From a virus: a stretch of DNA of 64,000 bases. Location of the stretch: positions 25,558-89,557 of the IMG/VR virus record IMGVR_UViG_3300008262_000025. One strand, 5' to 3'. The position numbers and the translations under genes were made by a program. The notes beneath the pieces are model-generated. The model had not been told where the DNA came from. It saw only the letters and a program-made list of their open reading frames with translations, and did no database searches. Below, one piece after another: positions 1-10,395 of this stretch (position 1 is the first letter of the stretch; each line of letters opens with the position of its first letter).

Positions 1-3000
1 TTCTCCACCTTCTCTATTTCCAGCAATGTTAATAGTTCCATGTGGTACTTTAGAAAGTAACTCTCTTAACTCTTCATCAGTATTAAAATCTTTTCCATAT
101 AAGAAGAAAGGTTTTCCATGTTTTTCTGCAAATTTTCTAGTAGATATTAAACCTGCTGAATCTTTAGCACCTTCTGAAAAATAAATAGTAACATCAGAAT
201 TAATTACATTTTGTTCTGTACGAGCATTATAATAACTAGATCCTTTTTTAGATTTAGGATTTTCAGCATCATATCTATTTTGCAATTCATCTGATATTGC
301 TACTACACCAAGTTCTTCAGCTAATTTTTTATTAGCGCCTTTACCTTTTTCATTACCAAAATCAGATGTAGTTGTACCACCTATTTCTAAACCTCCTATT
401 TCTTTAGCTAAAAGAAGACCAAGAGTATCAATACCAGTTTGTAAACCAGATATTACTTTATTAACACGAACTTTATACTTTTCTTTAATAGGTTTTTTTG
501 TTCTAGAATCTATTAATAAAGATGTTTTAAGTCTAATGTATTCTCTAAGTAATTCATTATTACGTGATAAAAAAACTAACATGTTATTATCAAATACTTC
601 ATCAGTAACTTTTTTATCATTAAGTTCATTTATAATTAAGTTAAATAAGTCAGAAGATACATCATCTTGAGTTATTAATTTATCACCTATTCTAAATCCT
701 TGTAATTGATCTGATTCACTCCATCTAAGTCTTCTAGTCTTATATTCTTTTTTAAGACTCCATTTACCTGTATCTTTATTTTTCTCATAATACTTTTCAG
801 GATTCTCATCAATAGATAATCTTGTAATTACATTATCATTTTGATCAACAATAACTTCATTACCATAATCAGATATTAATGATACTTTTCTACCTGGTAC
901 TACTTGTTGTAATACATTCTTAGAGAAATGTGCTAAAAATTGCTGTTCAAACTTTTCAGCAATAGCAGGAATATTAAAGTTATATTTACTTGATTTTCCA
1001 TCAACACTAAATTCTCTAAAGAAGTCAAGTAAGACTTCATCTGATCCACTATTTAATAGTACTTGTTTAATCTTCTTTTGAAAATTAACCATATCTCTTT
1101 GAAACTTACCATCTCCATCAAAGTAACCTAATACAGAAATAGCATGTTCAACAGAGTTTCTTACTCTATCTGTTAAAGCTTGACGATACTTTTTAACTAC
1201 ATCACTAATCTCATAAACTTCTCCTCTAATAGCAGCCAGTCTACTTTTATCTTGTTCATTATCAATGATCTGTAAAAGTTGTGACATAAATGTAATCTTA
1301 GTTTTACCAGAAGGAGTTTCTACTTGTAGTCTCCAAAATTCATTTTTACGTTTAGATGTATTATAAGAAAAATCATGATAGCCATTAACATCAGTAGCAA
1401 CAACAGGAGTAATAAGTTTAGATGCAGATTTAGGTAGTACTTCATCAATACTATTTAATTGCATATTTACTCTCATGTTATGTAATACTTTGTGATTATC
1501 TCTAGGTTCCCATAATGTTTCATATTCATCCCATAATCTTTTTACTTTATCTTTAACATCAGAATTATTTTTTCTAAATCCAACAGAAGCTTCTAATTCT
1601 TTAATCTTAGATTTAAGTTCATTAGCTTTAGCTTGATTTTCTTTTGGTAACCATGATGTTAGTTCTCTTATTAATATAGCATAAGAAAGTTTATGATATA
1701 TTTCTCCATCAAAATAAACACCCTTAACAGAATTAAATGTAGCATTTAAACTATCAAGTTTTTTTAATTCGTCCCAAGTTAGTTTTTCACCAAACCTAAT
1801 CTTATCAATTATAGGTTTAATGGAATCTCCTAGTTTACCATTTCTCTTTAAAATAAAAATAAATCTATCAGTACTCATATGAGCTTGACCATCATCTCTA
1901 TTTATCTTTTCTTTTTTACCTGTTACAATATCATATTCTTGTTCCTGTTCATCTCTATAAGCAACAGTAAATTCTCCTTGACCAGCATTAGGACCAAAAG
2001 CTAGAGAACCAGCATTACGCTTAACAGCATCTGTTTCGTTTTTACGGATACGAGGATCTTTATCAATTAGAAGATTATAAGATAATGAGTTAATAAAATC
2101 ATTAAAATAAAAATCACCAATAAAGTCTTCTACGTTCTTATATTTATTTTCATCAAATGGTACTAAAAGATTATCAATTTTACCATCAGTTGATTTACTA
2201 ATTATTTTATAACTAGATAATCTATTATGATAATTATTTAAATCTTTAGTAAACATTTCACGAATAGCATCCTTTATCTCTTTTTCTATTTGAGTAGGAC
2301 TATTTCTTTTAATTGTAGCTTCAAGTTTTGATTTTTTATTTAATTCATCTGGTGTTAAATCTTTTGTCTTTTCTAATAACATCATGTTTGCTAGTTCTTT
2401 ACGAGCTTTAACATAAGATTTTAAATTATTAGAATATTTCATAAGTTCTTTAAAATTCCATAAATCAAAACCTCTACCTACACCTTTAAGTGAGCCATCT
2501 TTATTTCTTTTTAAATTACCTTTACCATCAGTTTGTATATGAAAATCTTCATATAGAATAGGTCCAGTATAACCTTCAGATAGAATATTTTTTATTTCCT
2601 GTTTTCTTTTGATATCTTCACCTTGTTGATTTATAACATCAAAAGCTTCTTCAGTACTTAAATTTTCAGTATTATATTCTTTATTTTCTAATTTAGCTAA
2701 TTCTAATTGTAAGTTAAGTCTTTCTTCAGAATTATTTTGTCTGCTCATAAAATCTAATAAAGACTCTATACCTTCATTTAATTCATTCTCAACCCTATCA
2801 ATTAAACTTATCTCAGATAACAATAAATCAAATATTGTATCAACAGCAGAATCAGTCATACCACCATTTTCTAAATCAAAAAACTTATCGTTATTTCTTA
2901 CATTATTAACAGGTAATTGTATAGCTTCATCAGTTGATTTAGTTTCAAATATTTTAGGTATAAAATAAGAGGACTCAACTTCTGTAACTAGACCAGCTTC

Positions 3001-6000
3001 ATTTTTAATCTTTTTAACTTTTCTTTCTTTAAATAAAGTTAGTTGAAGAAGATTAAGAGATTTAAAGTCAATTGTTTTTGATGTAACACCTTTACCTTCT
3101 TTAGTAGTAGACCTACTAAAACCTTCAATAATTTTACCTTTTTCATCTCTAGGTTTAAGAGGCGTTTGTCTTAAATCACCTGTATTCTCAAATTTAAAAT
3201 CTTTAAAAATAGACTCAGTCATAGCTTGAGTACCAGAAAGTAAATAGTTATTTTTAACTGTTCCAGGATATTTAGCTGCTAATTTATCTCTTTTAGCTTT
3301 ATCTCTAAGTCTTCGTGTAGCAACACTCTGATAAGATTTTAATACGTGAGAGTATCTTTGATTTTGATTAGCATCTTGAAAACTTGATTCAGTAACAGTT
3401 TCATCAAATAAAGCATTAGCATTAGCTATCTTTTTAATAAAACCTAATACATCTTCTACTTTAGTTTCTGTTTTATTATTTTCATCTAGATATTCTCTAT
3501 CAGGAAATGGTATGTAAATATTACGATATTCATTAGGATTAATTTGAAACTTACTTGAATCTCTACCTTGTTCTCTTAATTTTTGAACTTTAAATTCATA
3601 ATAATTTTTAAGATCAGTAACTTGTTCGTCACTTTTAAACATTATTTTTTTAATCTGATCTAAACTATTTTTAGTTAAACCTTCTGCAATTTTATTTTCA
3701 TCTTGAGATTTAACTAATAATTCTTTAAAAGAAGTATAAAAGTTTTGATCTTTTTTTGGTATTAATACTTTAAATAAATCAACATTTTCATTGTAAAAAT
3801 TATCAAGAATACTAAAAATGATTAAACCTTCAGATAAAGTCATTCCTGTAAGTTTTTCAAAACTAGGTATATTTAATTCTGTATCTTTTTTCTGTACTTT
3901 AAATCCTTCATTAAACTTTGTAATTACATCTTTAAATATTTTTTTATATTCAACTGAATTACCATTTGCATTTTTAATTAAAATTAAAGAATCTTCAAAA
4001 ATTAAATCTTCTAAAGCTTTAAAATATCTGTCATACAACGCTCTTTGTTTAGGATCATTTAAAATATCACTTAATTTATTATTATCCCAATTTGCATACC
4101 AATCTTTTATCTGTACTTGATCTACATCTTCATTAAGAGCATTAATTACTATACTTTGTCTTGTATCTGAATCAATAAGTGTTTGTAAATAACTTAATTT
4201 TTCTTTATCAAAAGTAATTCTAAACAAATTAACTAATTGATGTTCGTTATCATATTCATCAGAATTATGTTTAGTAATTTCTTTAAGAGCTTGATAAACA
4301 GCTCTGGACATGTCATTTCCATATTCAACAAATTTTTCAAACTCATCCATAACATCAGTAAAGTCTTTTGATGCTAATGATTTTATCAAACCATTATATA
4401 CTACAGAACCATCTACAGATTTAAATATTTTTCTACCTGTATATTCATCTTCTACTTCATAAGTAACAAGACTCATAAATTCTCTTAGCTGATTAGGAAT
4501 CATATCAAATCCACCAATTTCAACATTAGTGATATCTAACATCTCTCTATTGTCAGCTTTATTCTCATCAAAGTAATCATCATCAAAAGGATTAAAATTA
4601 AATAACTTATATTTATCTTTTAATCCATCTAGTATTACATCAATGTTATGTTTATTTTCTTCATTATTAACATTGAATATTTCTTGTATTTTTATTAATT
4701 CATTATACTTTTTATCAGCAGCAGCATCACCTTTTTTCTCAGCTATAATATTTATTATTTCTGAATTCTCTTCACTATCAGGATTATAAAAATTAAACCT
4801 TTCTTCCATTACTTTATTAAAAACAGTAACTATATCAGGTTTAACATCAGATTGATCCTTACGTATTTCATGATAAACTAAAGCAGCAATATCACTAATT
4901 ATTTTGTCAGTCTCTTGCTCTTTTGCGTAAACAATGGAAAGTGCTCCATTTTTATCTAAACCTTGATTATCCAATATGATTAATTGGAATGCTGGAATTT
5001 GTCTCATTTGTCTAACGAATCTATTAGGTGTGATAGTTTTATTTTTAAACCTTTGATTGTTGATGTCATGAAATAAAGCGTCAACTTTACCTCTAACACC
5101 GATTAACTTAAGAAACGCGTTCATAAGTCTATTAAACAAATTAACAATTGATAAGTTACTAGTAGATGGTTTATTAGTTTTAGTAAAAGCTTGATATCTA
5201 TCAGCTAAATACTCTTCATAAACTAACTGTTCTAGTTCTTGTTTTGATAAAGATTCATAATTACTTACTGAATCTCTTAACTTATCAATCTTATCATTAA
5301 GCTGTTTTTCAGAAAGATTCATTTCTTTCCTAGCTTCATTAATATATAGATCTATTTCATTATCATTTAAGAACATTCTAAATACAGCATGAAATGCTTC
5401 ATGATATTCTGTACCTTGTTCTGCAGCTTTTTCATTTAGGTAAATTAGATTATTAAAAAATAAACCAAATGGAACACCAGATACTTTCATGTTATCCATA
5501 ACAGTTTCAATATCAGTAGATACTTCAACAGCATCTCCTAATATAGCTCTAATGTTTTCTTTTGCTTTATCTATTTTAATTCTAGATTCTTCAGGTGCAG
5601 CTTGTGGTTGTAAACTAAATGGTAACGCTTCATAATATGGATCAATTAATTTAATAAGAACATCTATTTCTCCATAAAAATCATTAATATCAAATTTAGT
5701 AATAAATTCTTCTAATGCTTCAGAATAAATATTACTATTTAATAATTGTAACATACCTAAGTATACATTAGTTTTATTACTACTTAATAATAAATCAGTT
5801 ACAGGTTTAATTAAATCATTATCAATTAAACCGTTAAGAATAGGATAAATTTTTTCTTTAAATCCATCTTTAGAAACAGAAAAATCACTTGATCTAATAT
5901 ATTGAAGTAAAGGAAGTAGTTTAGATCTTATTAAATTTTTATCTAAGTCATTAATAACAAGATTATATTCTTTATTTATTATAAAAGTAGTTGTTTTACC

Positions 6001-6624
6001 TTCTGTATTACGATAATTTCTTCTATTATAATTAATATTTTCAGGTAATTTATATAAATTATCAAGATTTTTTATTACTAATTCTTTAAAGTTATTATAT
6101 AAAGGTAAATTATCATTAATAAAAGATCGTAAATTTTTATCTTTTGTTACAGATGCAAGTTTATAAAAGAATTCATTAACAAAATAATCATCAATAAATG
6201 TATCTGGCGGACCATATAAGTTTAAATAAAGTTGACTTAAATCTTGTACATCTATTATATCATAACCTAAATTAATAAAATTATATTTTAGATTATCTAA
6301 ACTTTGTTGATAATCATCAGTAATATTAATCCATAATTTATTTAAAATTAATAATGATTCTTTATTATTAAGTTCTAAAAATTTATTAATTGTTTCTTCT
6401 AACATTGGAAAATCATCTGAATTAACTAAATTTTGTACCATACTCTCTGAATTATTAAAGTTTAAGTATAATTTAGCTGCTTCTTCTTTTAATATAATAG
6501 GATCATTAATTGTATCTGAAAAATGTTCTACATATTTATCAAAGACTTTTGATGGCCTACCGAATGGATCTAATACTTCTACTATTTCGTTAGTATTAGG
6601 ATCTCTTTTTATTTGACATATCAT
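1..6624 (-). CDS. Giant virion-associated RNA polymerase-type protein (crAss-like) with N-terminal zincin motif and an inserted SLOG-like domain; runs off the window edge
   Basis: ATG at 6624 (MICQIKRDPNTNE), read by hand as open for 2208 codons to base 1. HEAFH at 5389-5403 followed by EEYLAD; segments DAVKRNAG, DDGQAHMS and WRLQVETP resemble crAss-like RNAP subunits. The catalytic DxDxD motif is not inside the window. Confidence 0.75.
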   Translation of the reverse strand, partial: MICQIKRDPNTNEIVEVLDPFGRPSKVFDKYVEHFSDTINDPIILKEEAAKLYLNFNNSESMVQNLVNSDDFPMLEETINKFLELNNKESLLILNKLWINITDDYQQSLDNLKYNFINLGYDIIDVQDLSQLYLNLYGPPDTFIDDYFVNEFFYKLASVTKDKNLRSFINDNLPLYNNFKELVIKNLDNLYKLPENINYNRRNYRNTEGKTTTFIINKEYNLVINDLDKNLIRSKLLPLLQYIRSSDFSVSKDGFKEKIYPILNGLIDNDLIKPVTDLLLSSNKTNVYLGMLQLLNSNIYSEALEEFITKFDINDFYGEIDVLIKLIDPYYEALPFSLQPQAAPEESRIKIDKAKENIRAILGDAVEVSTDIETVMDNMKVSGVPFGLFFNNLIYLNEKAAEQGTEYHEAFHAVFRMFLNDNEIDLYINEARKEMNLSEKQLNDKIDKLRDSVSNYESLSKQELEQLVYEEYLADRYQAFTKTNKPSTSNLSIVNLFNRLMNAFLKLIGVRGKVDALFHDINNQRFKNKTITPNRFVRQMRQIPAFQLIILDNQGLDKNGALSIVYAKEQETDKIISDIAALVYHEIRKDQSDVKPDIVTVFNKVMEERFNFYNPDSEENSEIINIIAEKKGDAAADKKYNELIKIQEIFNVNNEENKHNIDVILDGLKDKYKLFNFNPFDDDYFDENKADNREMLDITNVEIGGFDMIPNQLREFMSLVTYEVEDEYTGRKIFKSVDGSVVYNGLIKSLASKDFTDVMDEFEKFVEYGNDMSRAVYQALKEITKHNSDEYDNEHQLVNLFRITFDKEKLSYLQTLIDSDTRQSIVINALNEDVDQVQIKDWYANWDNNKLSDILNDPKQRALYDRYFKALEDLIFEDSLILIKNANGNSVEYKKIFKDVITKFNEGFKVQKKDTELNIPSFEKLTGMTLSEGLIIFSILDNFYNENVDLFKVLIPKKDQNFYTSFKELLVKSQDENKIAEGLTKNSLDQIKKIMFKSDEQVTDLKNYYEFKVQKLREQGRDSSKFQINPNEYRNIYIPFPDREYLDENNKTETKVEDVLGFIKKIANANALFDETVTESSFQDANQNQRYSHVLKSYQSVATRRLRDKAKRDKLAAKYPGTVKNNYLLSGTQAMTESIFKDFKFENTGDLRQTPLKPRDEKGKIIEGFSRSTTKEGKGVTSKTIDFKSLNLLQLTLFKERKVKKIKNEAGLVTEVESSYFIPKIFETKSTDEAIQLPVNNVRNNDKFFDLENGGMTDSAVDTIFDLLLSEISLIDRVENELNEGIESLLDFMSRQNNSEERLNLQLELAKLENKEYNTENLSTEEAFDVINQQGEDIKRKQEIKNILSEGYTGPILYEDFHIQTDGKGNLKRNKDGSLKGVGRGFDLWNFKELMKYSNNLKSYVKARKELANMMLLEKTKDLTPDELNKKSKLEATIKRNSPTQIEKEIKDAIREMFTKDLNNYHNRLSSYKIISKSTDGKIDNLLVPFDENKYKNVEDFIGDFYFNDFINSLSYNLLIDKDPRIRKNETDAVKRNAGSLAFGPNAGQGEFTVAYRDEQEQEYDIVTGKKEKINRDDGQAHMSTDRFIFILKRNGKLGDSIKPIIDKIRFGEKLTWDELKKLDSLNATFNSVKGVYFDGEIYHKLSYAILIRELTSWLPKENQAKANELKSKIKELEASVGFRKNNSDVKDKVKRLWDEYETLWEPRDNHKVLHNMRVNMQLNSIDEVLPKSASKLITPVVATDVNGYHDFSYNTSKRKNEFWRLQVETPSGKTKITFMSQLLQIIDNEQDKSRLAAIRGEVYEISDVVKKYRQALTDRVRNSVEHAISVLGYFDGDGKFQRDMVNFQKKIKQVLLNSGSDEVLLDFFREFSVDGKSSKYNFNIPAIAEKFEQQFLAHFSKNVLQQVVPGRKVSLISDYGNEVIVDQNDNVITRLSIDENPEKYYEKNKDTGKWSLKKEYKTRRLRWSESDQLQGFRIGDKLITQDDVSSDLFNLIINELNDKKVTDEVFDNNMLVFLSRNNELLREYIRLKTSLLIDSRTKKPIKEKYKVRVNKVISGLQTGIDTLGLLLAKEIGGLEIGGTTTSDFGNEKGKGANKKLAEELGVVAISDELQNRYDAENPKSKKGSSYYNARTEQNVINSDVTIYFSEGAKDSAGLISTRKFAEKHGKPFFLYGKDFNTDEELRELLSKVPHGTINIAGNREGGE

Positions 6625-6650
6625 ATATTTTTATTATATCTTTTTTTATT

Positions 6651-6708
6651 AAAAAATAATACGCGTATTTCTTTATTATCGCAATGATAATAAATAGTAC
6701 GCGCATTA
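6651..6708 (-). terminator. Long hairpin / probable terminator between replication block and RNAP gene
   Basis: TAATACGCGTA..TTTATTATC-GCAAT-GATAATAAA..TACGCGCATTA, followed by a T-run on the minus strand. Confidence 0.5.
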
Positions 6709-6719
6709 ATCTCTTAATC

Positions 6720-7283
6720 TTACTTAGATACAATTAAATCTTTTGTCCTATAGACAAGAGCTCTTGCTATAATTATACTATCCTCTGTCCTCGAATCAGA
6801 CTTAAATTTATTATAATTGTTAAGCACAATTTGAGTATTATCCATAGTATAACCTTTATCAGAATCAATTCTATCAATAGATGGAGCATATGGACTTAGT
6901 TTATCCAGATGACCATTTTTTGAATATTGTTTTATTTCAAAAGGTAGTCCAGTAACTGAACAAATACCCTCTCGTAATCTTGATTCTATCCACTCTATGC
7001 TTAAATCAAAATCTAAATTCTTAGATTTAGATCTTGAATAAGCACTGTTCCACAGAGTTCTTGCTCTATATTTAATTGGATTATTTTTAGCATAGTTCTC
7101 AAGATATTTTCGACGCATCTCTTTACGTTCAAGTTCTCTATTTTTATCATCAATTTTCTTTTGAACAGATTTTGCCTTTCTCTTATAATGACCATGCTCC
7201 ACTAATAATTCGGATATTTGATTTGCATTTAAATCAAACATGAATTTATGGATTAAGTTAAGTTCTTTATTACTATATCTCAT
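6720..7283 (-). CDS. HNH-like (putative homing) endonuclease
   Basis: CSVTGLPF...PSIDRIDSDKGYTMDN motif; start MRYSNK chosen just after the dut stop. Confidence 0.7.
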   Translation of the reverse strand: MRYSNKELNLIHKFMFDLNANQISELLVEHGHYKRKAKSVQKKIDDKNRELERKEMRRKYLENYAKNNPIKYRARTLWNSAYSRSKSKNLDFDLSIEWIESRLREGICSVTGLPFEIKQYSKNGHLDKLSPYAPSIDRIDSDKGYTMDNTQIVLNNYNKFKSDSRTEDSIIIARALVYRTKDLIVSK

Positions 7284-7284
7284 A

Positions 7285-7755
7285 TTAGTTTCCAGTAGAA
7301 CCAAATCCTCCGCTACCTCTTTCTGTTTCCATTAGAGATTCAGATTCAATGAATTCTACATTAATTAATTTCTCAAAACTAATTTGTGCTATTTTATCAC
7401 CTACATCGTATAATTTTTCAGGCATTGTATCTGGATCAATATACTCTGAATCCATATAAATGAAGTTAGGAGCAGCAAGTTTAAACCTTACTTTCCATTC
7501 TCCACGATAATCTGAATCAATTACACCTACAGAATTGCACATAGTAAGATCATAATTACTGATGCTACTTCTTGGAAATATTTTACCAACATATCCTTCC
7601 GGAATTTCAGTAGAAAACCCAAGACCGTATTCAACGTATCTTTCATTATGATTTATTGATGTAGCAATTACATCATAACATGCTGCAGATTCAGTAGATT
7701 TAGTAGGTAATTTAGCTTTGTCATTTAACAATTTAATTTGTATTTGTTGCTTCAT
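7285..7755 (-). CDS. dut: dUTPase (trimeric)
   Basis: Motifs AACYD, PRSS, GVIDSDYRGE, KIAQ, RGSGGFGSTG. Confidence 0.97.
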   Translation of the reverse strand: MKQQIQIKLLNDKAKLPTKSTESAACYDVIATSINHNERYVEYGLGFSTEIPEGYVGKIFPRSSISNYDLTMCNSVGVIDSDYRGEWKVRFKLAAPNFIYMDSEYIDPDTMPEKLYDVGDKIAQISFEKLINVEFIESESLMETERGSGGFGSTGN

Positions 7756-8392
7756 AAGTTATAATTTTTACTAAGTTATTATTAAATTCTTTTTGAATAA
7801 TTTTGTTAATAATCTGCATGTTTAATTTTTCAGGAATAACAATGATAGTTTTAAGATTAGGATATTTGTTATAAAGCTTTCTACAGCACAAAGCAAATGA
7901 TATATAATCAACTTTATTGTTAATTATATAATGTGCACTAGAAATCTTAATATTAATATTCTTATTAGGTAAATTAAAATTGACTACATCGATATTACCT
8001 AAATCTTGAATAGTTGAATCTGTAGAATAATTTACAATTAATTCATACTCACCACTCGTTGTGTAATAAGAAATATCTTCTTTATAGTCATCATGTTTAA
8101 TATCATACAGTTCATTAAACTGTAGTTCTGATTCATTAACAAACTTTTGTCTAAAGTTATTTATTAACTCTTGAGTTGGTTTTTGAGAAGTTGTAACCTT
8201 GTTAGCTAATAAAGTTTTAATCTCATACGTCATTAACTTTACAGTTAATTTATCAGGATCAGAACTTAAATAAGCATGTAAAGTTTTAGGATCTATAAGA
8301 TCAGTAATTACAAACTCCTCATTCTTATGAGTTATAGCTTTAGATATGTACGGTTCAATTAGATACTCTGTTGAGTGAAATTTAAATTGCAT
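7733..8392 (-). CDS. hypothetical protein
   Basis: 219-aa ORF packed in operon. Confidence 0.7.
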   Translation of the reverse strand: MQFKFHSTEYLIEPYISKAITHKNEEFVITDLIDPKTLHAYLSSDPDKLTVKLMTYEIKTLLANKVTTSQKPTQELINNFRQKFVNESELQFNELYDIKHDDYKEDISYYTTSGEYELIVNYSTDSTIQDLGNIDVVNFNLPNKNINIKISSAHYIINNKVDYISFALCCRKLYNKYPNLKTIIVIPEKLNMQIINKIIQKEFNNNLVKIITYEATNTN

Positions 8393-8396
8393 TTGT

Positions 8397-8993
8397 TTAT
8401 TCTTTTAATTCTGTTTGATATAAAAAGTTAACATCAAATAATTCTTCTTCATTTTTTACTTTGCTATCAAACTCTTTATCCCAGAGTTCATTAGCTAAGT
8501 CTTCTTCTAACTCTAGTTCTTTAACTAAAGTTTGATAATATTCTTGAGAGTGTTTTAAAACATGATATTCTTTACTTAATCCTATTTTCTTACTGATTGT
8601 ATCATAAACAATAAATTTATCTTTATCAGAATCCAGTAAATGTTCTGAATACATTTCACTAAATTTAGAATTAATAAAGTTACTCAAGCTTTTACCACCC
8701 ATAGTTTTAAACATAATTATTGCTAAATTATCATCACGATTTCCTACATGATAAGAACCTAAATAATATTTAGTAATACTCTTTAACTTAGTTATTTTAT
8801 TTTCAAATTGATCATCTACTTTTACAAGTACATAAAATATACCATCTTCCATTTTAGAGTCATTTACAGACTTATCTCCTAAATAGACATTGAGTATATT
8901 AAAAGAAAATAAAATACTTTTTATTTCATTATTATAATATAAATTAACAGTCGGTTCAAATAGATACCGATATGTTTTTGTTTTCTTTAACAT
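8397..8993 (-). CDS. hypothetical protein
   Basis: 198-aa ORF packed in operon. Confidence 0.75.
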   Translation of the reverse strand: MLKKTKTYRYLFEPTVNLYYNNEIKSILFSFNILNVYLGDKSVNDSKMEDGIFYVLVKVDDQFENKITKLKSITKYYLGSYHVGNRDDNLAIIMFKTMGGKSLSNFINSKFSEMYSEHLLDSDKDKFIVYDTISKKIGLSKEYHVLKHSQEYYQTLVKELELEEDLANELWDKEFDSKVKNEEELFDVNFLYQTELKE

Positions 8994-9001
8994 TTAATAT
9001 T

Positions 9002-9787
9002 TTAATTACAATCATTAAACACTTTGATTTGAATATCATCAATGTTATTATGATTTCTTAATATGTAAACAAGTGAAAAATTTTCTTTAATTCGATCTTC
9101 ATAATCGAAAGGATAAACTTTTTTGTATTCTTCAATAACAACTTGTTTACATTCTTCTCTATTAGCACAATCTTTTAAGAGAGAATATGTTTTAACAGGA
9201 CCATATTTAGGTAGTCCTGGTATATTATCAGCGGTATCCCCCATTAACATTTGAGCGTATAAAGATTTATAACCTGTGGCATCAAGTTTCTTCTTATCAT
9301 CATTATAATATATATAACAGTTATCATCAGATACTATAGTTCTCTGATGTGTTTTTAAATTATAATGTATACCATTAACTTGAGGTAAATCTTTATCTAT
9401 ACTTGCAATAACAGCTTTATAAGAATATACATTCTCAACACTCTCATTACAAAAAGAATTAATTCTTTCAGATAATATAGCTGCTAAGTCATCAGCCTCT
9501 ATACCATCAATAACAATAAATTTATATTCTTTAATAAGAAGATCTCTTATTTCATAAAAATAAAGAGGCTTTTCAAATTTACGATTACCTTTATATTCTT
9601 TTGTTACAGCAACTTTCTTTCTGAAATTATTCTTACCGTCAAGTATACCGATATAAAGATTAGTATCACAATTTTTTAATACATCTTTTATATGAGCATG
9701 AATAGTTTCTTTATAATCTTCTTTGTTGCCATGTATGTAAAGAAGACAAGTTGCATCAAAAATTACAATTTGTTTATCTATTTCCAT
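9002..9787 (-). CDS. 5'-3' exonuclease / flap endonuclease (T5 exo, T4 RNase H family)
   Basis: EYKGNR, GIEADD, SIDKD, GDTADNIPGLPKYGPVK. Confidence 0.92.
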   Translation of the reverse strand: MEIDKQIVIFDATCLLYIHGNKEDYKETIHAHIKDVLKNCDTNLYIGILDGKNNFRKKVAVTKEYKGNRKFEKPLYFYEIRDLLIKEYKFIVIDGIEADDLAAILSERINSFCNESVENVYSYKAVIASIDKDLPQVNGIHYNLKTHQRTIVSDDNCYIYYNDDKKKLDATGYKSLYAQMLMGDTADNIPGLPKYGPVKTYSLLKDCANREECKQVVIEEYKKVYPFDYEDRIKENFSLVYILRNHNNIDDIQIKVFNDCN

Positions 9788-9790
9788 CTT

Positions 9791-10342
9791 TTAACTTTTG
9801 TTAGTAAACTCTGATAATGTTTTTATCTTCCATTTCAAAGTTCTCAATTTACCTTTTTTGGTATAAGAGAATTTATTTGGTGTAAATGTGCTAGCAAATA
9901 AACCGTTCTTTGAATGTAAAGGCATTATCTTATTTACATAAATTTTATACCTATAGTACATTTGTTTTTGTATTATAGGAAATTTTATAGTACTACTATT
10001 ACCTCTAGCTGCAAATGTACCCTTGACATCTACAACTGAATAATATTTGTTTGTTAGTTCATCTTTATGAGCAAAGTGTTTTGATCTTAGCTCGACTATA
10101 ATTGATTTAAATTTAGAGTCTTCAGTAAAATAAAATATATCTTTAGCTTTATCTTCCCATACGATAATGAAATCAGGTTTATAGATAGAAGCTCTAAGTA
10201 TTACTTTGTCTTTTATTTTTACTTCAGGAAAAAGTTCATATTCAGGTTCTCTTTTGATACTATGAATATACCCTTCTTCTCTTAATTCATTTAACCAATC
10301 ATAATAATATTCTTCTTCTGGTGAATCAAATGTCATAATCAT
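9791..10342 (-). CDS. PD-(D/E)xK endonuclease (DUF1064-like, possible resolvase)
   Basis: FDSPEE..YY, YKPDF, VVDVKG; likely start MIMTFDS. Confidence 0.7.
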   Translation of the reverse strand: MIMTFDSPEEEYYYDWLNELREEGYIHSIKREPEYELFPEVKIKDKVILRASIYKPDFIIVWEDKAKDIFYFTEDSKFKSIIVELRSKHFAHKDELTNKYYSVVDVKGTFAARGNSSTIKFPIIQKQMYYRYKIYVNKIMPLHSKNGLFASTFTPNKFSYTKKGKLRTLKWKIKTLSEFTNKS

Positions 10343-10343
10343 T

Positions 10344-10370
10344 AGAAAGGGTGCCAGTTTCCCAGCACCC
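10344..10370 (-). terminator. GC-rich GNRA hairpin, possible terminator/attenuator
   Basis: GGGTGCTGG-GAAA-CTGGCACCC-TTTCT. Confidence 0.45.
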
Positions 10371-10395
10371 GTGACCTTTAAAATACTTAATACTA

